A DNA stretch of 39,011 nucleotides from a virus (Duplodnaviria > Caudoviricetes), in the IMG/VR virus record IMGVR_UViG_3300025569_000023, positions 1-39,011 of that record, one strand, 5' to 3'. Below are positions 24,559-34,978 of the stretch, piece after piece. The notes below the pieces were generated by a model. That model ran no database searches, had not been told where the DNA came from, and saw only the letters and a list, made by a program, of their open reading frames with translations. A program made the translations under genes and the position numbers. Positions within the stretch are counted from its first letter, which is position 1; every line of letters begins with the position of its first letter.

Positions 24559-27500
24559 GGGTAGAAAAATTTTACTGTTATTTCTTCATTATCATAAGGA
24601 TAAGACCCCGTATAGATAATATCTGATCCTGAAACTGTCCAATAACTTGGGGACATTTCAACCCCATTACGAAGAACATCGATTTTCGAAGTGTCTCCTG
24701 GCAACACACCACCATTTACAGTAACAGTTACAGTTGTTCCTGTTACAGTTGGAAATATTTGTTTATAACGTATAGGTGGATCTGCTGTATCAGCTGCTTG
24801 TTGAATTAATCCACCAGAAGCAGCCGGTAATAAAAGAACTGTAAAACCTTCTAAATCAACAGTTCCTGTATAATCTGCTAAAACTTCAACACTAACTTCA
24901 TCGCCATTAGCTAAAAAGTCTAACCATATAGATACTACCTGATTTGATGCAGCAGATTGTACTCTTTTAGAATAAATAACAGAACCGATATTTCTTACTC
25001 CATTTTTAGCTATTGCAAATGCTACTGACGAATTATTAGAAGATACTCCAAAAGAAATAGTTACAATAGCCCAAAACAATTGAGTAGCTGTTCCATCATA
25101 AACAGCAGTACCTGATCCTACACTTGCTGAAAATCTAACACTATAAACAAATAATTCTGTTATATTTACTGTAGCCCAAACACCGTTTGTTACATTTATA
25201 GAAATAGGTATAGATGTTTGATCTACATAAGCATAGATTCCAGCAAATTGACCATTGCCGTCACCTATATCGTCACGGATAATATAAGAACCAGAAGGTA
25301 TACTAAAATCGGTTGTTGCAGATTGAACATGTAAAACAGTATCTCCTATGGCTGCATCTTGTGTTATTATAAAAATTTGTTCTAAACCAGTTTGTGTAAT
25401 AACACGTATAATATCTCCTTCATTATAAACACCTGCTTGTGTAATTTCAACTACTTGTATTTCTGTTATAATAGTACCACTATCTATAAAATCAACAGTA
25501 GTTGTAGGAGATAAAGCAGGAATGATAGTTGGTTCTGGAAATTTAACAGGTGTTGTTCGACCATCATCAGATGCTGGAAAATTAGGAGTACGCCCAGGAA
25601 TCGGTATAGTAGTACCAATTTTTAACGGTGGTGGAATTGTAGGAATTGTATTGACTGCTACATAATGCCATTCACCGGTGATTGAATCATCTCTTGCGAT
25701 AAATCTTCCAGAATGAAATATATAAGCTCGGGTACTTCTCAATAATTTTTCATAAGGATGATATATTTGATTATATTTACCAATCATCCTCGGAGTTGAC
25801 TTAATTTGACCTTTTATAATCTCATTAGCTAATAATTGAGAAATCTTAACAAAACTCCCAGTATTTCCTACTCTCCATTGATTAGTATCAACCCAAGTCA
25901 ATCCACTATCATTCGATACTTGAATTTTACCCAAAACAGCAGGGGTTGGTCCATCACCATGATAAGTATCTATAGATAATATTTTGGTATTCTTATCTAT
26001 TTGATTTTCTGCTGCATAAGTTAAAATATCAAAATTACCACCTGGAATACCATCATAAAATACTTCAAAATATGGTTCTTGTATATCAAAATCTGGAAAA
26101 TTAGTAACTGAATTAACCCATACTCCTGTAGTTGTATTGAATCTCCATATATCTGAAATACCAATGGAAATAGTCATATCACCATCAGCAGGGATTAAAG
26201 GATTAGTAAATTCTGGTAATGCAAACCTATTGTAACCAAGATTAGAAGTAACAACTTTCACAGCTACATAAAAATAATTAGTTATACCTGTTTGCCATTT
26301 TTCTTCTATTCTTTGTTCAAATGTTCCGCCAGCGCCATCACTAATAACGCGACTACCACCACTAAAAGAATAACCGGAACCACCATCTGCAATTGATATT
26401 CTGATTCTAAAATTAACAAAAATTAAATCATAAGGGACCATATTATCAATTCTCCACTGAGTCATATCTACCCACAACTTTCCTGACATTCTAAAACTTG
26501 CTACACCACTGTTACTATTTACATCTTCTAATATTACACCACCATCTGCTTCTTTGATAGTATCTTCCCTTAATAAATTAGCTCCTTCAAAATAATTATA
26601 TTTAACTTCCACTTTAGCTAAAGGTGGATAATATCGTTCTGTGAAACCGACTACTTTATCTAGTTCTGTAAAAGCTGTTTTTGTAGGTATTGACCCAAGA
26701 GAAGAAGTTACCTTAGTAAAAGTAACATCATATGTATGTACAATCCAGGTTGTATCAATATATTCATTTTGTTGCAAAATCCAATATATACCATTAGTGA
26801 ATATAAAAGTACAACCTAATTCTGTACATAATTTAAATAAAACATCATAATAAGATGAATCTTTTGGTTGCCCTTTTGAATCAAGTTCAATAAAAGTATT
26901 TATACGAATACGTAATACCTCTAATGGATTAGTTGTAACAGCATAAGTTAAGTTATCTGGCCACCAATTAAATACATATTTCAATAAATTAATAGTCGGG
27001 GAAATATCAGAAAACATAGACAAGGTATTTAACCTTGTTATAATATCTTTAAATAAATCGAAATAAGTTACCCAACCGGTGGTATAAACATCAAAAGGAA
27101 TATTCTTTAATGTTCCAATAATATCAGTTGCTGTTAAGGTAATTATAAACGGATACCGATCATCTTCTTTTTCAATCTGATCTGTTAAAAAATTACCTAA
27201 CCAGTATAAATTAGAATTTAAATAAACAACAAGACGAAATTGGGATTCTGGAGCATCGACTAAATCAACTAAAAAACTTTGTAATGCTGTATCCGTATCA
27301 TCTACGAACATATCTATTGATCCAGTTGTTGCTATAATCCCGCAAAATCGTTCATCATTCTCTGGAAAATATTCAATAGTAAAACCATTATTAGCACAAC
27401 GAAACTCCGCTGTAGACCCCGCCCATTCGGTATCGTGTATTTCCACATCATACACGTTATTATTTATACTAGTTAAACTAGCGTATAATCTAAGCGGCAA
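24555..27500 (-). CDS. large tail (baseplate/hub) protein
   Basis: 981 aa directly after the tape measure; Pro-rich linker and beta-rich C-terminal domains; TTG start. Confidence 0.75.
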   Translation of the reverse strand: MPLRLYASLTSINNNVYDVEIHDTEWAGSTAEFRCANNGFTIEYFPENDERFCGIIATTGSIDMFVDDTDTALQSFLVDLVDAPESQFRLVVYLNSNLYWLGNFLTDQIEKEDDRYPFIITLTATDIIGTLKNIPFDVYTTGWVTYFDLFKDIITRLNTLSMFSDISPTINLLKYVFNWWPDNLTYAVTTNPLEVLRIRINTFIELDSKGQPKDSSYYDVLFKLCTELGCTFIFTNGIYWILQQNEYIDTTWIVHTYDVTFTKVTSSLGSIPTKTAFTELDKVVGFTERYYPPLAKVEVKYNYFEGANLLREDTIKEADGGVILEDVNSNSGVASFRMSGKLWVDMTQWRIDNMVPYDLIFVNFRIRISIADGGSGYSFSGGSRVISDGAGGTFEQRIEEKWQTGITNYFYVAVKVVTSNLGYNRFALPEFTNPLIPADGDMTISIGISDIWRFNTTTGVWVNSVTNFPDFDIQEPYFEVFYDGIPGGNFDILTYAAENQIDKNTKILSIDTYHGDGPTPAVLGKIQVSNDSGLTWVDTNQWRVGNTGSFVKISQLLANEIIKGQIKSTPRMIGKYNQIYHPYEKLLRSTRAYIFHSGRFIARDDSITGEWHYVAVNTIPTIPPPLKIGTTIPIPGRTPNFPASDDGRTTPVKFPEPTIIPALSPTTTVDFIDSGTIITEIQVVEITQAGVYNEGDIIRVITQTGLEQIFIITQDAAIGDTVLHVQSATTDFSIPSGSYIIRDDIGDGNGQFAGIYAYVDQTSIPISINVTNGVWATVNITELFVYSVRFSASVGSGTAVYDGTATQLFWAIVTISFGVSSNNSSVAFAIAKNGVRNIGSVIYSKRVQSAASNQVVSIWLDFLANGDEVSVEVLADYTGTVDLEGFTVLLLPAASGGLIQQAADTADPPIRYKQIFPTVTGTTVTVTVNGGVLPGDTSKIDVLRNGVEMSPSYWTVSGSDIIYTGSYPYDNEEITVKFFYP

Positions 27501-27520
27501 AATGTAAGAAATTTATTACA
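27501..27520 (-). promoter_or_regulatory. dispersed palindromic motif, copy 6 (essentially the entire spacer)
   Basis: Minus strand: TAA-A-TGTAATAAATTTCTTACA-TT-TTG. Confidence 0.9.
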
Positions 27521-27521
27521 T

Positions 27522-29759
27522 TTATTTAATTCTTTCTCGATCAGTCAAAATGCGATTGATGAGATATACCAAATCTCCACCCCTTAATATAAATTCACCA
27601 ACTAATTCAATTGTTTGTGACGGCATAAATCTTGGTAATTGATCAAGTGGTAAAACCACTTCTTTACCAGCTTCACCAAGTAATGCGGGTGTTGGTCCTG
27701 TGATAATACCACCTTCTGCAAATGGTAATAAATTACCTAAGAAACCTTTAAATAAAGATTTATCACCAGCAAATCCTAATAATTCTTTAACACCGGTTAA
27801 ACCACCTTTGATTATATTTAATCCACCCAACAAAGAAAACAAGGCTGTTAAAACAGCTGCCGCGGCTACTGCTTTAGCCATTTGTACAATCAATTTTTTT
27901 AATACATTAACAACAGCTTGAAATGCATTTTCTCCCCTGTTTATTAATATATCAAAAAAGCCTTCGAAAGCCGTAGATAAATTATCACTAACAAAATCTG
28001 AAATGCTTTGTAAATGTTCTTGTTGTTTTTCAAATTCAGCATTCTGATTTTCTAATATCCTTTTCCAATTTTCCTGTTGTTGACCTAATTTAGCAATATC
28101 TTCACCATAACCGATGATACCAGCTCTTGCCGCGTCTAATTTTTCTTTACTAAATCCAGGTACATTAGCTAAACCTTCAACAACTATATCACTTAATTGT
28201 CTCATTGATTGTTCCAAAATAGGAACATCCCCTGTTATCTGTTCAGCAATACTTTTACCTCTAGGTAAATTAAATAAACCTCTTCGTAAATCTTTTGCTC
28301 TTTCTTCACGTAATTTTTTTAATTTATTTTGTTCTGTTTTATCAAAAATACTAGGCGGAATAGTTAATGGTATATCATTTTGTAAATCAAATTGATCTAA
28401 TGATAAATTTTGAAATTCTTTTGATAATTTATTAACACCTTCTATATCTGTATTTAAAATTTTATTTAATTCACTGAACGCAGAAAAATCTAAATTTTCA
28501 GCAGCTTTTGTACTTTCATCAAAAAGTGTACTTAAACTTTTTATATTTGCCCCTACAACAACTGTTGCTGCATCTTCTATACTACCAGTTAAAATTAATG
28601 TCTTAAAAGCAGCCGCTAGAACACCAAGTCCTCTGACCGCTTCATATATTGAATCGATCAAGAACTTGAAAAATCCAAATGTTGCGCGAGCTGTTCTCTC
28701 GGCTGCCTCACCCCATGTTTTATACCCGTTGATAACTTTTACAAGACCAACGAGTAACGCACCAAAACCAATAATAATTCCACTTATAATAGCTGTAGTA
28801 CTTGTAAATAAACCAATTAAAACGCTTGTTAATTTTACAAGTGTACTAACTGCTAAAATAACAGGTCCTATAGCTGCTGCAATTGCAGTGAATGTAACTA
28901 TATTCTTTTTAGTCTGATCATCTAATGTTTTCCAATGTTCTCCAAACTCTCTTATTTGATTTGCAACAAAATTTATAATTTCCCTTATTTTAAATAATTG
29001 TACAATATTTAAACCAATTGATCCAGCCGTTACAACTAAAGAATCTTTTAAATTGACCAATTGATTTCTTAAAGTATCCGGCGCTCTTTCTAACCTAGAA
29101 AAACCAACTGCTAAATTTGCCAAAAATGTTTTAATACCTTGACCTTGTGCATTTAATTGCCTAGTTATATCTTGACCTTCTGCTGTACCAAACTGTTTAA
29201 ATAATATTGTTCTAATAAAAGCTGTCCGTTCAGCTAATTGGTTTATCTCTTCAGCTTGTATTTTATTTTTACCAATAATTTGAGAAATGGCACGTGTAAT
29301 ACCTTCTAAGTCTTCTGGACCTTTCCCTTCTAATGCAATAGCATTGGCTAAATTAACCATTAATGCTGTTGCATCTTGAGCCCTAATACCTAAAATTTCT
29401 AATTGTGCTTGTGCTTTAGTTAAAGTACTAGTATCTAGACCAGGTAAGACTGCTATTTTTTGAAGATCTTCTAATTTGGTTGTTCCTTTGGATGCTGTTT
29501 CTAATTGTTTGGTAAATGATTCAACTTCCAAAGTAGCTTTGGCAAAACCGGCAGCAATTAAACCTAATGGGAGAGTTATACTTTGAGATAATGTTCGACC
29601 TTGACGATCTAAAGATCTACTTATCTTATCTAAATTCTTTTGAGTTATGGCCAGTTTTTTATTAACAACCGATGTAGCATCTGCTACACTTTGAAACGCT
29701 TTCTTAGTGGCTTCTACTCCTACTACGCCTATCCTAATCAGTGCGTCCTTTACTGGCAT
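27522..29759 (-). CDS. tape measure protein
   Basis: Helical, A/L/I-rich; QIIGKNKIQAEEINQLAER; FAEGGIITGPTPALLGEAGKE; follows the chaperones. Confidence 0.92.
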   Translation of the reverse strand: MPVKDALIRIGVVGVEATKKAFQSVADATSVVNKKLAITQKNLDKISRSLDRQGRTLSQSITLPLGLIAAGFAKATLEVESFTKQLETASKGTTKLEDLQKIAVLPGLDTSTLTKAQAQLEILGIRAQDATALMVNLANAIALEGKGPEDLEGITRAISQIIGKNKIQAEEINQLAERTAFIRTILFKQFGTAEGQDITRQLNAQGQGIKTFLANLAVGFSRLERAPDTLRNQLVNLKDSLVVTAGSIGLNIVQLFKIREIINFVANQIREFGEHWKTLDDQTKKNIVTFTAIAAAIGPVILAVSTLVKLTSVLIGLFTSTTAIISGIIIGFGALLVGLVKVINGYKTWGEAAERTARATFGFFKFLIDSIYEAVRGLGVLAAAFKTLILTGSIEDAATVVVGANIKSLSTLFDESTKAAENLDFSAFSELNKILNTDIEGVNKLSKEFQNLSLDQFDLQNDIPLTIPPSIFDKTEQNKLKKLREERAKDLRRGLFNLPRGKSIAEQITGDVPILEQSMRQLSDIVVEGLANVPGFSKEKLDAARAGIIGYGEDIAKLGQQQENWKRILENQNAEFEKQQEHLQSISDFVSDNLSTAFEGFFDILINRGENAFQAVVNVLKKLIVQMAKAVAAAAVLTALFSLLGGLNIIKGGLTGVKELLGFAGDKSLFKGFLGNLLPFAEGGIITGPTPALLGEAGKEVVLPLDQLPRFMPSQTIELVGEFILRGGDLVYLINRILTDRERIK

Positions 29760-30099
29760 GTTTAGATTGATCTAATTTTTCAAAGAATTCAATCGCACGT
29801 TTGTGTTGTTCTGCTGTTATTTTCTTTTTGGCCTTTTTAGTTTTTTTAACTTTCTCAGAAGTTAAAAAACTCAATGGCAATATTTTCTCAGGATCTTTTT
29901 CTTTCTTTTTAGCATTGGCATTATAAAAAGCATGTAATTGCAATTGTCTACCTTTCCACATATGATGAACAGGAACCATTGCTAATTGATCGCTTTCAAC
30001 CATAGCTGCTAATAATTGGCCAAAAGAAAGTTGAAAAAGTTCACGCATCGACAGATGTAACCTAGCCGTTGCTAATGCTAGCAATCTGTCGATTGTCAG
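29734..30099 (-). CDS. tail assembly chaperone T part (reached by -1 frameshift)
   Basis: The -1 frame is open from the A AAA AAC slippery site (LTIDRLLALATAR...). Confidence 0.8.
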   Translation of the reverse strand: MTIDRLLALATARLHLSMRELFQLSFGQLLAAMVESDQLAMVPVHHMWKGRQLQLHAFYNANAKKKEKDPEKILPLSFLTSEKVKKTKKAKKKITAEQHKRAIEFFEKLDQSKHASKGRTD

Positions 30100-30479
30100 T
30101 TTTTTATGTCGTCCTGTTCTTCTTTTTGAGATTCAATATTAACTGTTTCTGTCTCACCATTTTCATTCAATACTTTTTCGCCCATGGCTTCGATAAAAGC
30201 ACCGTTCAATGCCGTAATGATTTTCATAGCCAGTGTTAAATTAACAGCCAATTCTTTTTTGATTGTTATTTCTGCTGGCACAGTTAAATCTTCATAAATC
30301 AACTTAGCATTTTCAATGCCCAATTTACAAATTAATGGCAACTCTGAAAGACTCATGTCGCCAAGTAATTTATCTAAATGTCCAATTTTGGTATATCCTT
30401 TCGGTTTACCATAACGAATAAGAAATTCCATACCAAATACAAGTGGATATTCTTTACCTGCAATTGTGATAAAATTCAT
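30096..30479 (-). CDS. tail assembly chaperone G
   Basis: Between tail tube and TMP; ends ATA AAA AAC TGA; ATG 30479 (MNFITIAGKEYPL). Confidence 0.8.
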   Translation of the reverse strand: MNFITIAGKEYPLVFGMEFLIRYGKPKGYTKIGHLDKLLGDMSLSELPLICKLGIENAKLIYEDLTVPAEITIKKELAVNLTLAMKIITALNGAFIEAMGEKVLNENGETETVNIESQKEEQDDIKN

Positions 30480-30521
30480 AAAAATAAATTTAGGGGATGA
30501 ACCAAATAAAAACACCTTATC

Positions 30522-30968
30522 TTATGGAACTAACGCAACAACAGGTGCACCAATAATTGTGGCAGTAAGGTCGAATGTAGATTCAGTATCAGCAACTGTA
30601 CCGATATCTAAATTATCCAACCTTAGGCTGCCACTCCAAATCGGATCACCCGACACACCTGTTGTAAATTCAAAAGTCAGAGTAATATCGCCAGCAAACC
30701 AATCATACAGATCGGATATATTAGCGTAACTAGCCCCTTCATCGTATCTCAATAAACCATTTGCAGTAAATTGAGCACTTTTTGTTTTTGCAATGGACTC
30801 TGCCCATTTTGAACCGCTACCGGTGTCTTTTGTAACAATATTTTCCGTATCACGTGACAAAGAAAATGAAGTTTCTTGCACATGGAAAATCTTATTCTTT
30901 GTTACACCGGCATCATCAGACAAAGTTAGCCGAAGTAAAGAACCATCAATAAAACCGGTTGTTGCCAT
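30522..30968 (-). CDS. major tail tube protein
   Basis: TP901-1-like pattern: TSFSLSRDT..TKD..W.E.I...KS; position. Confidence 0.85.
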   Translation of the reverse strand: MATTGFIDGSLLRLTLSDDAGVTKNKIFHVQETSFSLSRDTENIVTKDTGSGSKWAESIAKTKSAQFTANGLLRYDEGASYANISDLYDWFAGDITLTFEFTTGVSGDPIWSGSLRLDNLDIGTVADTESTFDLTATIIGAPVVALVP

Positions 30969-30976
30969 AGTTTAGA

Positions 30977-31384
30977 TTAATTTACTCTTACCTTATACCT
31001 ATTTGCATTCTCGTAATATTCTGTCTGATCATTGAAATAGGTAGATAAGACAGTGGAAAAATGAATACCAGCTATATTAACACCAGCAACGGTTCCTTTG
31101 TAACCATTTAACCGTTGTCTTATTTTATTACCAAGTATTATGGCGTTTCTATAAGTCTTATCAATTGCAACAATTTCCAAAGTTACATAATCTCTTTGTA
31201 CAGGACCTTCTTTAGTAATCAATGGATCGGACAACCTTTCTTCATATACAATAAATGGTACATCTGTACCTTGTGGTGCAATTGCTGGAAATATTTTCGT
31301 TCCAACTATAGCCGCTACACTTGCATCTGTTGATAACAAATTAAATATAGCATCACCGATAATCGCATCTGTATCTAAAGCCAT
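30977..31384 (-). CDS. tail terminator/completion protein (DUF3168-like)
   Basis: VAAIVGTKIFPAIAPQGTDVPFIVYE; position. Confidence 0.8.
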   Translation of the reverse strand: MALDTDAIIGDAIFNLLSTDASVAAIVGTKIFPAIAPQGTDVPFIVYEERLSDPLITKEGPVQRDYVTLEIVAIDKTYRNAIILGNKIRQRLNGYKGTVAGVNIAGIHFSTVLSTYFNDQTEYYENANRYKVRVN

Positions 31385-31884
31385 CCTTCTTTTTTTAATA
31401 TCCTGGTTAACTGTTTATCTGCTTCAGCTAACATTAGAAGTATACTCGCTTGTCCGGCTTGTGCAATTACAGGAACATACACTTCATTTATAAACTCTGT
31501 TTGTCCACCATAAGCCATATGTGCATAATATGCATTAGCTGTACCTGTTCCTGGACCAAAAGCAGCATTTGCTGGTATATTATTTTGTATTCTCGGAGCT
31601 ACATATGCAAATACTGCTTTTGGTATTCTATCTGCTGGTATTTTATACATTGAAAACGCTAAATTACCTCGATAATACAAACCATAACTAGTACCTCTCC
31701 AAGATAATTTTTTTGGATTAGCACCATATTTTCTTTTTTTAGTTATTGATCTAGCAGTATCTCTGATTGGGGGTACACCTTTATTTGCAATACTTAGTCT
31801 TACTTTTTTAGTAAAGTTTTGTGTAATTTTAGAATAGCTACGAATAGCATTATCTATTTCTTTTCCATTTATTATGAACTCCAT
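31375..31884 (-). CDS. HK97 gp10-like tail completion protein
   Basis: Basic protein with GNL..S and YYAHM..G; position. Confidence 0.6.
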   Translation of the reverse strand: MEFIINGKEIDNAIRSYSKITQNFTKKVRLSIANKGVPPIRDTARSITKKRKYGANPKKLSWRGTSYGLYYRGNLAFSMYKIPADRIPKAVFAYVAPRIQNNIPANAAFGPGTGTANAYYAHMAYGGQTEFINEVYVPVIAQAGQASILLMLAEADKQLTRILKKEGWL

Positions 31885-31904
31885 AATGTAATAAATTTAT
31901 TACA
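31885..31904 (-). promoter_or_regulatory. dispersed palindromic motif, copy 7 (the entire spacer)
   Basis: Minus strand: TGA-TGTAATAAATTTATTACA-TT-ATG. Confidence 0.9.
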
Positions 31905-32252
31905 TCAAGATATATCAATTTGGACGGCTTCGATTAATAAAATATCAGAAGTCTCAAATTTTAAAACAGAAGATATATCCCAAGGTTTATTATCATAAAT
32001 AATACGCATCCCAGGATTAATACTTGTATTTAATCTTCTTGTCATAAATTCAACACTTGTCCTAGCAGTTTTTCTATCCGATAGAATTATTTCATCAGAT
32101 CCTCGCTTACTATAATCTACTAATGCTAAAACAGTGGCGATAGGTGTCCAAGCTTTTACAATTTCTCCAGTTTCATTTTGAACACCTATATTATCTTGAA
32201 TAACAATAATTTCATTCATTCTACCCGTAATTTCACCTTTTGGTAATTTCAT
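31905..32252 (-). CDS. head closure protein (SPP1 gp16-like)
   Basis: GRMNE.I.IQ..GE...W...ATV.A...MRIIYD..WDI. Confidence 0.85.
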   Translation of the reverse strand: MKLPKGEITGRMNEIIVIQDNIGVQNETGEIVKAWTPIATVLALVDYSKRGSDEIILSDRKTARTSVEFMTRRLNTSINPGMRIIYDNKPWDISSVLKFETSDILLIEAVQIDIS

Positions 32253-32854
32253 AATCTATACGTTTTCTTCTTACGAGCAAATTGAGAAATACTGCCAGGA
32301 GTTGTCATTGGTAAATCTTCACGACGCTGATACATATCACCTAACTGTTTGTATATCATTATCATGATATCTTTAGTGACTTCCGGTATAACAGCGTTAT
32401 ATTTTATTTTGACTGGATCTAAATAATCACCAGTAGTTGGCCATTCTTCATTTAATTTAAGTTGAATAACACCATTATTAGTAAAAAGATCAGGTTCTAC
32501 TTTAGCAACATCAAAAGTCTGAGCGACACCATTAACATCCAAATAAGAAATTGTATCGATTGATTTTACAGGGCCATTATCAACAAATAATCTTTCTGTA
32601 GGCGGAAAACATTGAAAAACATCTTCAAATTGCGCTTCGACAATAATATAACCCAAGGCTGACTGGACTGAATCTGTGGCTGCATCGATCAAAAGAGTTA
32701 TAACATTATCTTCTAATGTGTGAAATACTCTCAAATATTCCTTTGCCTCGCTTAAAGCAATCAAAGGAGTACCCACAGTACTAACTTTTCTAGATCTGGT
32801 AAAATACCGGCGATCTAAATATTCACTAAGATCTCGATATGTGTAATATGGCAT
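32249..32854 (-). CDS. head-tail connector (gp6-like)
   Basis: LSEAKEYLRV...ED..I..LIDAA...MYQRRE. Confidence 0.88.
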   Translation of the reverse strand: MPYYTYRDLSEYLDRRYFTRSRKVSTVGTPLIALSEAKEYLRVFHTLEDNVITLLIDAATDSVQSALGYIIVEAQFEDVFQCFPPTERLFVDNGPVKSIDTISYLDVNGVAQTFDVAKVEPDLFTNNGVIQLKLNEEWPTTGDYLDPVKIKYNAVIPEVTKDIMIMIYKQLGDMYQRREDLPMTTPGSISQFARKKKTYRL

Positions 32855-32870
32855 TTTTTTATTTTTAAGG

Positions 32871-32896
32871 AGTGGGGAACAATAATATTCCCCACT
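32871..32896. other. hairpin downstream of the major capsid gene
   Basis: AGTGGGGAA / TTCCCCACT stem with no U tract on the - strand; a stabiliser or weak attenuator. Confidence 0.55.
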
Positions 32897-32940
32897 TTCC
32901 CAGCCATCACATGCTAAGAGAAAACTTGTATCAATAACGA

Positions 32941-34329
32941 TTACGTTGGTCCAGTACCAGGAGTGATATCTTTAATATAGGAAAAAGACTGCGGATACCG
33001 CAGGCCGATATCAGCAAAACTGGTGATTGTCACCTCAATTTGGGCATTGCGGGCTTTGGTATATTGATCTACGATCAATGAAATACCACCCCACATGCCG
33101 ATATAAAGCGATTCCCAGTTTCCAAAAATCATGGCATGTTGATTTGTACCAACACCCAGATTTTTCGGAACGTTGTTGCTAACAACGGCACGGAAACCGT
33201 TTACTTCACCATTGGTTGGAAATGAAGGAACGCCGGTCCATGTCATAATCCCAGATGACGACGCGTCGAGGGGGTGTGTTTTAAGAAATCCACGCACCTC
33301 TGGAGTGGTGAGATAACCCATTCGACCAAAATCCGCATCGGCAGCTGAGATTTTAGTTTCTAGGTCCACCACATCCAAAAACGAAGGCCATTCATCTCCG
33401 GCAGTTACAACACCTACGCCTTGGGGGGCGGTGTACTGCAATATGCCTTTCGGCACAGGATCAACTCCTGAGCCGTTGATCGCGGCGGCATCGATTGCAG
33501 TTTGAAGGGCGATAGTGAGGTCCCGGCGAACCAACATTTCCACATCAATGGATGCTGATTGAATCAAAAGTAAACGAGAAAACGGCGTCCAACCTGTAAT
33601 ACGTTTCGGGCGAAGGGACAAATTATCAAAAAGTTGTTGCGCCTCAGCAGCAGCTGCTACTTCAGTGGCCCAGTTAGTTGACCCTGCTTGGGTTTGACGA
33701 GAAAAATCGATATTATCCCGGAGATTACGGAGAACGGTTGCACCCAACATTTCAACCATAGGGCGTATCCGAAGAGCATCAAAATGACCGGCTAAAGTTG
33801 TTTGAATAGTTTCTGGACCCTTTGTCGCGGTACTTGCATCCAAGTCACGACGTTCAGTACCAGCAATACCATGAACCATAAAAGATGGTACCATGACATT
33901 TCCCATTTCACCTGCAGCTTGTCCACCGGAAGCACGAAATTCTTTTTCAGCTTCTTGGTAAACTTCAGCATTAAGGCCAGTTAATGGTTGATTTGAAGCA
34001 ACCGCATGAATAGCATTGCGAAAAGAAAATTGGTTAATAATCTTCTGCTGCTCCCTGATTTCGCCCATGTTAAGGCCTTGGCCGGATTGTCCCAACGCAG
34101 CTTGTTTGGTCCTGAGCTCTGCCTGTTGGCGTTCTAGCTCCAATTCACGTTGTTTTTGCTGGACCACTATATTCCGATCCAGGTTCCGGTACTCATCTTG
34201 TAAACTGGTTACAGTTGTAAGATTTTCCTCAGTAAGCGCAGTATTAGCATCACGAGCCGCATTATTGATTGATTCAATTTCGGTCATGATTGCTGCCTGA
34301 CGCTCGCGCATTTCACCAATACTAGGCAT
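32941..34329 (-). CDS. HK97-fold major capsid protein
   Basis: Coiled-coil delta domain; LGATVL, LLIQS, AINGSG..PKGIL, FGNWESLYIGMWGG, D.GLRYPQSF. Confidence 0.95.
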   Translation of the reverse strand: MPSIGEMRERQAAIMTEIESINNAARDANTALTEENLTTVTSLQDEYRNLDRNIVVQQKQRELELERQQAELRTKQAALGQSGQGLNMGEIREQQKIINQFSFRNAIHAVASNQPLTGLNAEVYQEAEKEFRASGGQAAGEMGNVMVPSFMVHGIAGTERRDLDASTATKGPETIQTTLAGHFDALRIRPMVEMLGATVLRNLRDNIDFSRQTQAGSTNWATEVAAAAEAQQLFDNLSLRPKRITGWTPFSRLLLIQSASIDVEMLVRRDLTIALQTAIDAAAINGSGVDPVPKGILQYTAPQGVGVVTAGDEWPSFLDVVDLETKISAADADFGRMGYLTTPEVRGFLKTHPLDASSSGIMTWTGVPSFPTNGEVNGFRAVVSNNVPKNLGVGTNQHAMIFGNWESLYIGMWGGISLIVDQYTKARNAQIEVTITSFADIGLRYPQSFSYIKDITPGTGPT

Positions 34330-34978
34330 GTTTAAATTTATTTAATTTGATAAAATCATCGATCTCACGGATCGGAATATATGGGTTAAGTACTTCTGTT
34401 AATGCTCGTAATTCTCTCAATGCAGCAGTTGTCATTTTATAAGCAGGTATGGCAACTGGTGAAAAATCAAATATTTCTTTAAATCGCTTTATTCTACGAA
34501 CAGGTAATCCATTACGTTCTTCTGACCAATCTATAGGTAAATCATTTTTATCTGAAAAATCATCAATAATGAAACCGAAAGAAGAACCTTCAATATCACC
34601 ACGCCGTAAAGATATTACTAAATCTCTTCCCCATGTAGTATCAGGTATATCAAATTCATAATGAATACCATTATCTTTTTCAATCAAACGAAGCGTCCCG
34701 CGTGAAAACCTACCCATTGGCTGACCCTGGTTATGAGAGGCAAACACAACGGGATCACTCCGCTTTTGGGCAAATGGCGTGAATGCTCCCCTTGATATTA
34801 TTTCATAATAACCACCTAAATCTTGAGAATATTGCTCATATGGGATACCAAGACCACCAGCAACAAATGAATTATCATCCAATTGCCTGAGCTCTAATGG
34901 GCAATATCTATATTCCTTCTCACTCTTGAGAGTCAGGAGCTGCTCCAGGTTTTTGGTTTGGATCGTCATTGTTATCAA
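34322..34978 (-). CDS. HK97-family prohead protease
   Basis: EIISRGAF, SHN, GRD...LRRGDIEGSSFGF, SPVAIPAY. Confidence 0.92.
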   Translation of the reverse strand: MITMTIQTKNLEQLLTLKSEKEYRYCPLELRQLDDNSFVAGGLGIPYEQYSQDLGGYYEIISRGAFTPFAQKRSDPVVFASHNQGQPMGRFSRGTLRLIEKDNGIHYEFDIPDTTWGRDLVISLRRGDIEGSSFGFIIDDFSDKNDLPIDWSEERNGLPVRRIKRFKEIFDFSPVAIPAYKMTTAALRELRALTEVLNPYIPIREIDDFIKLNKFKHA

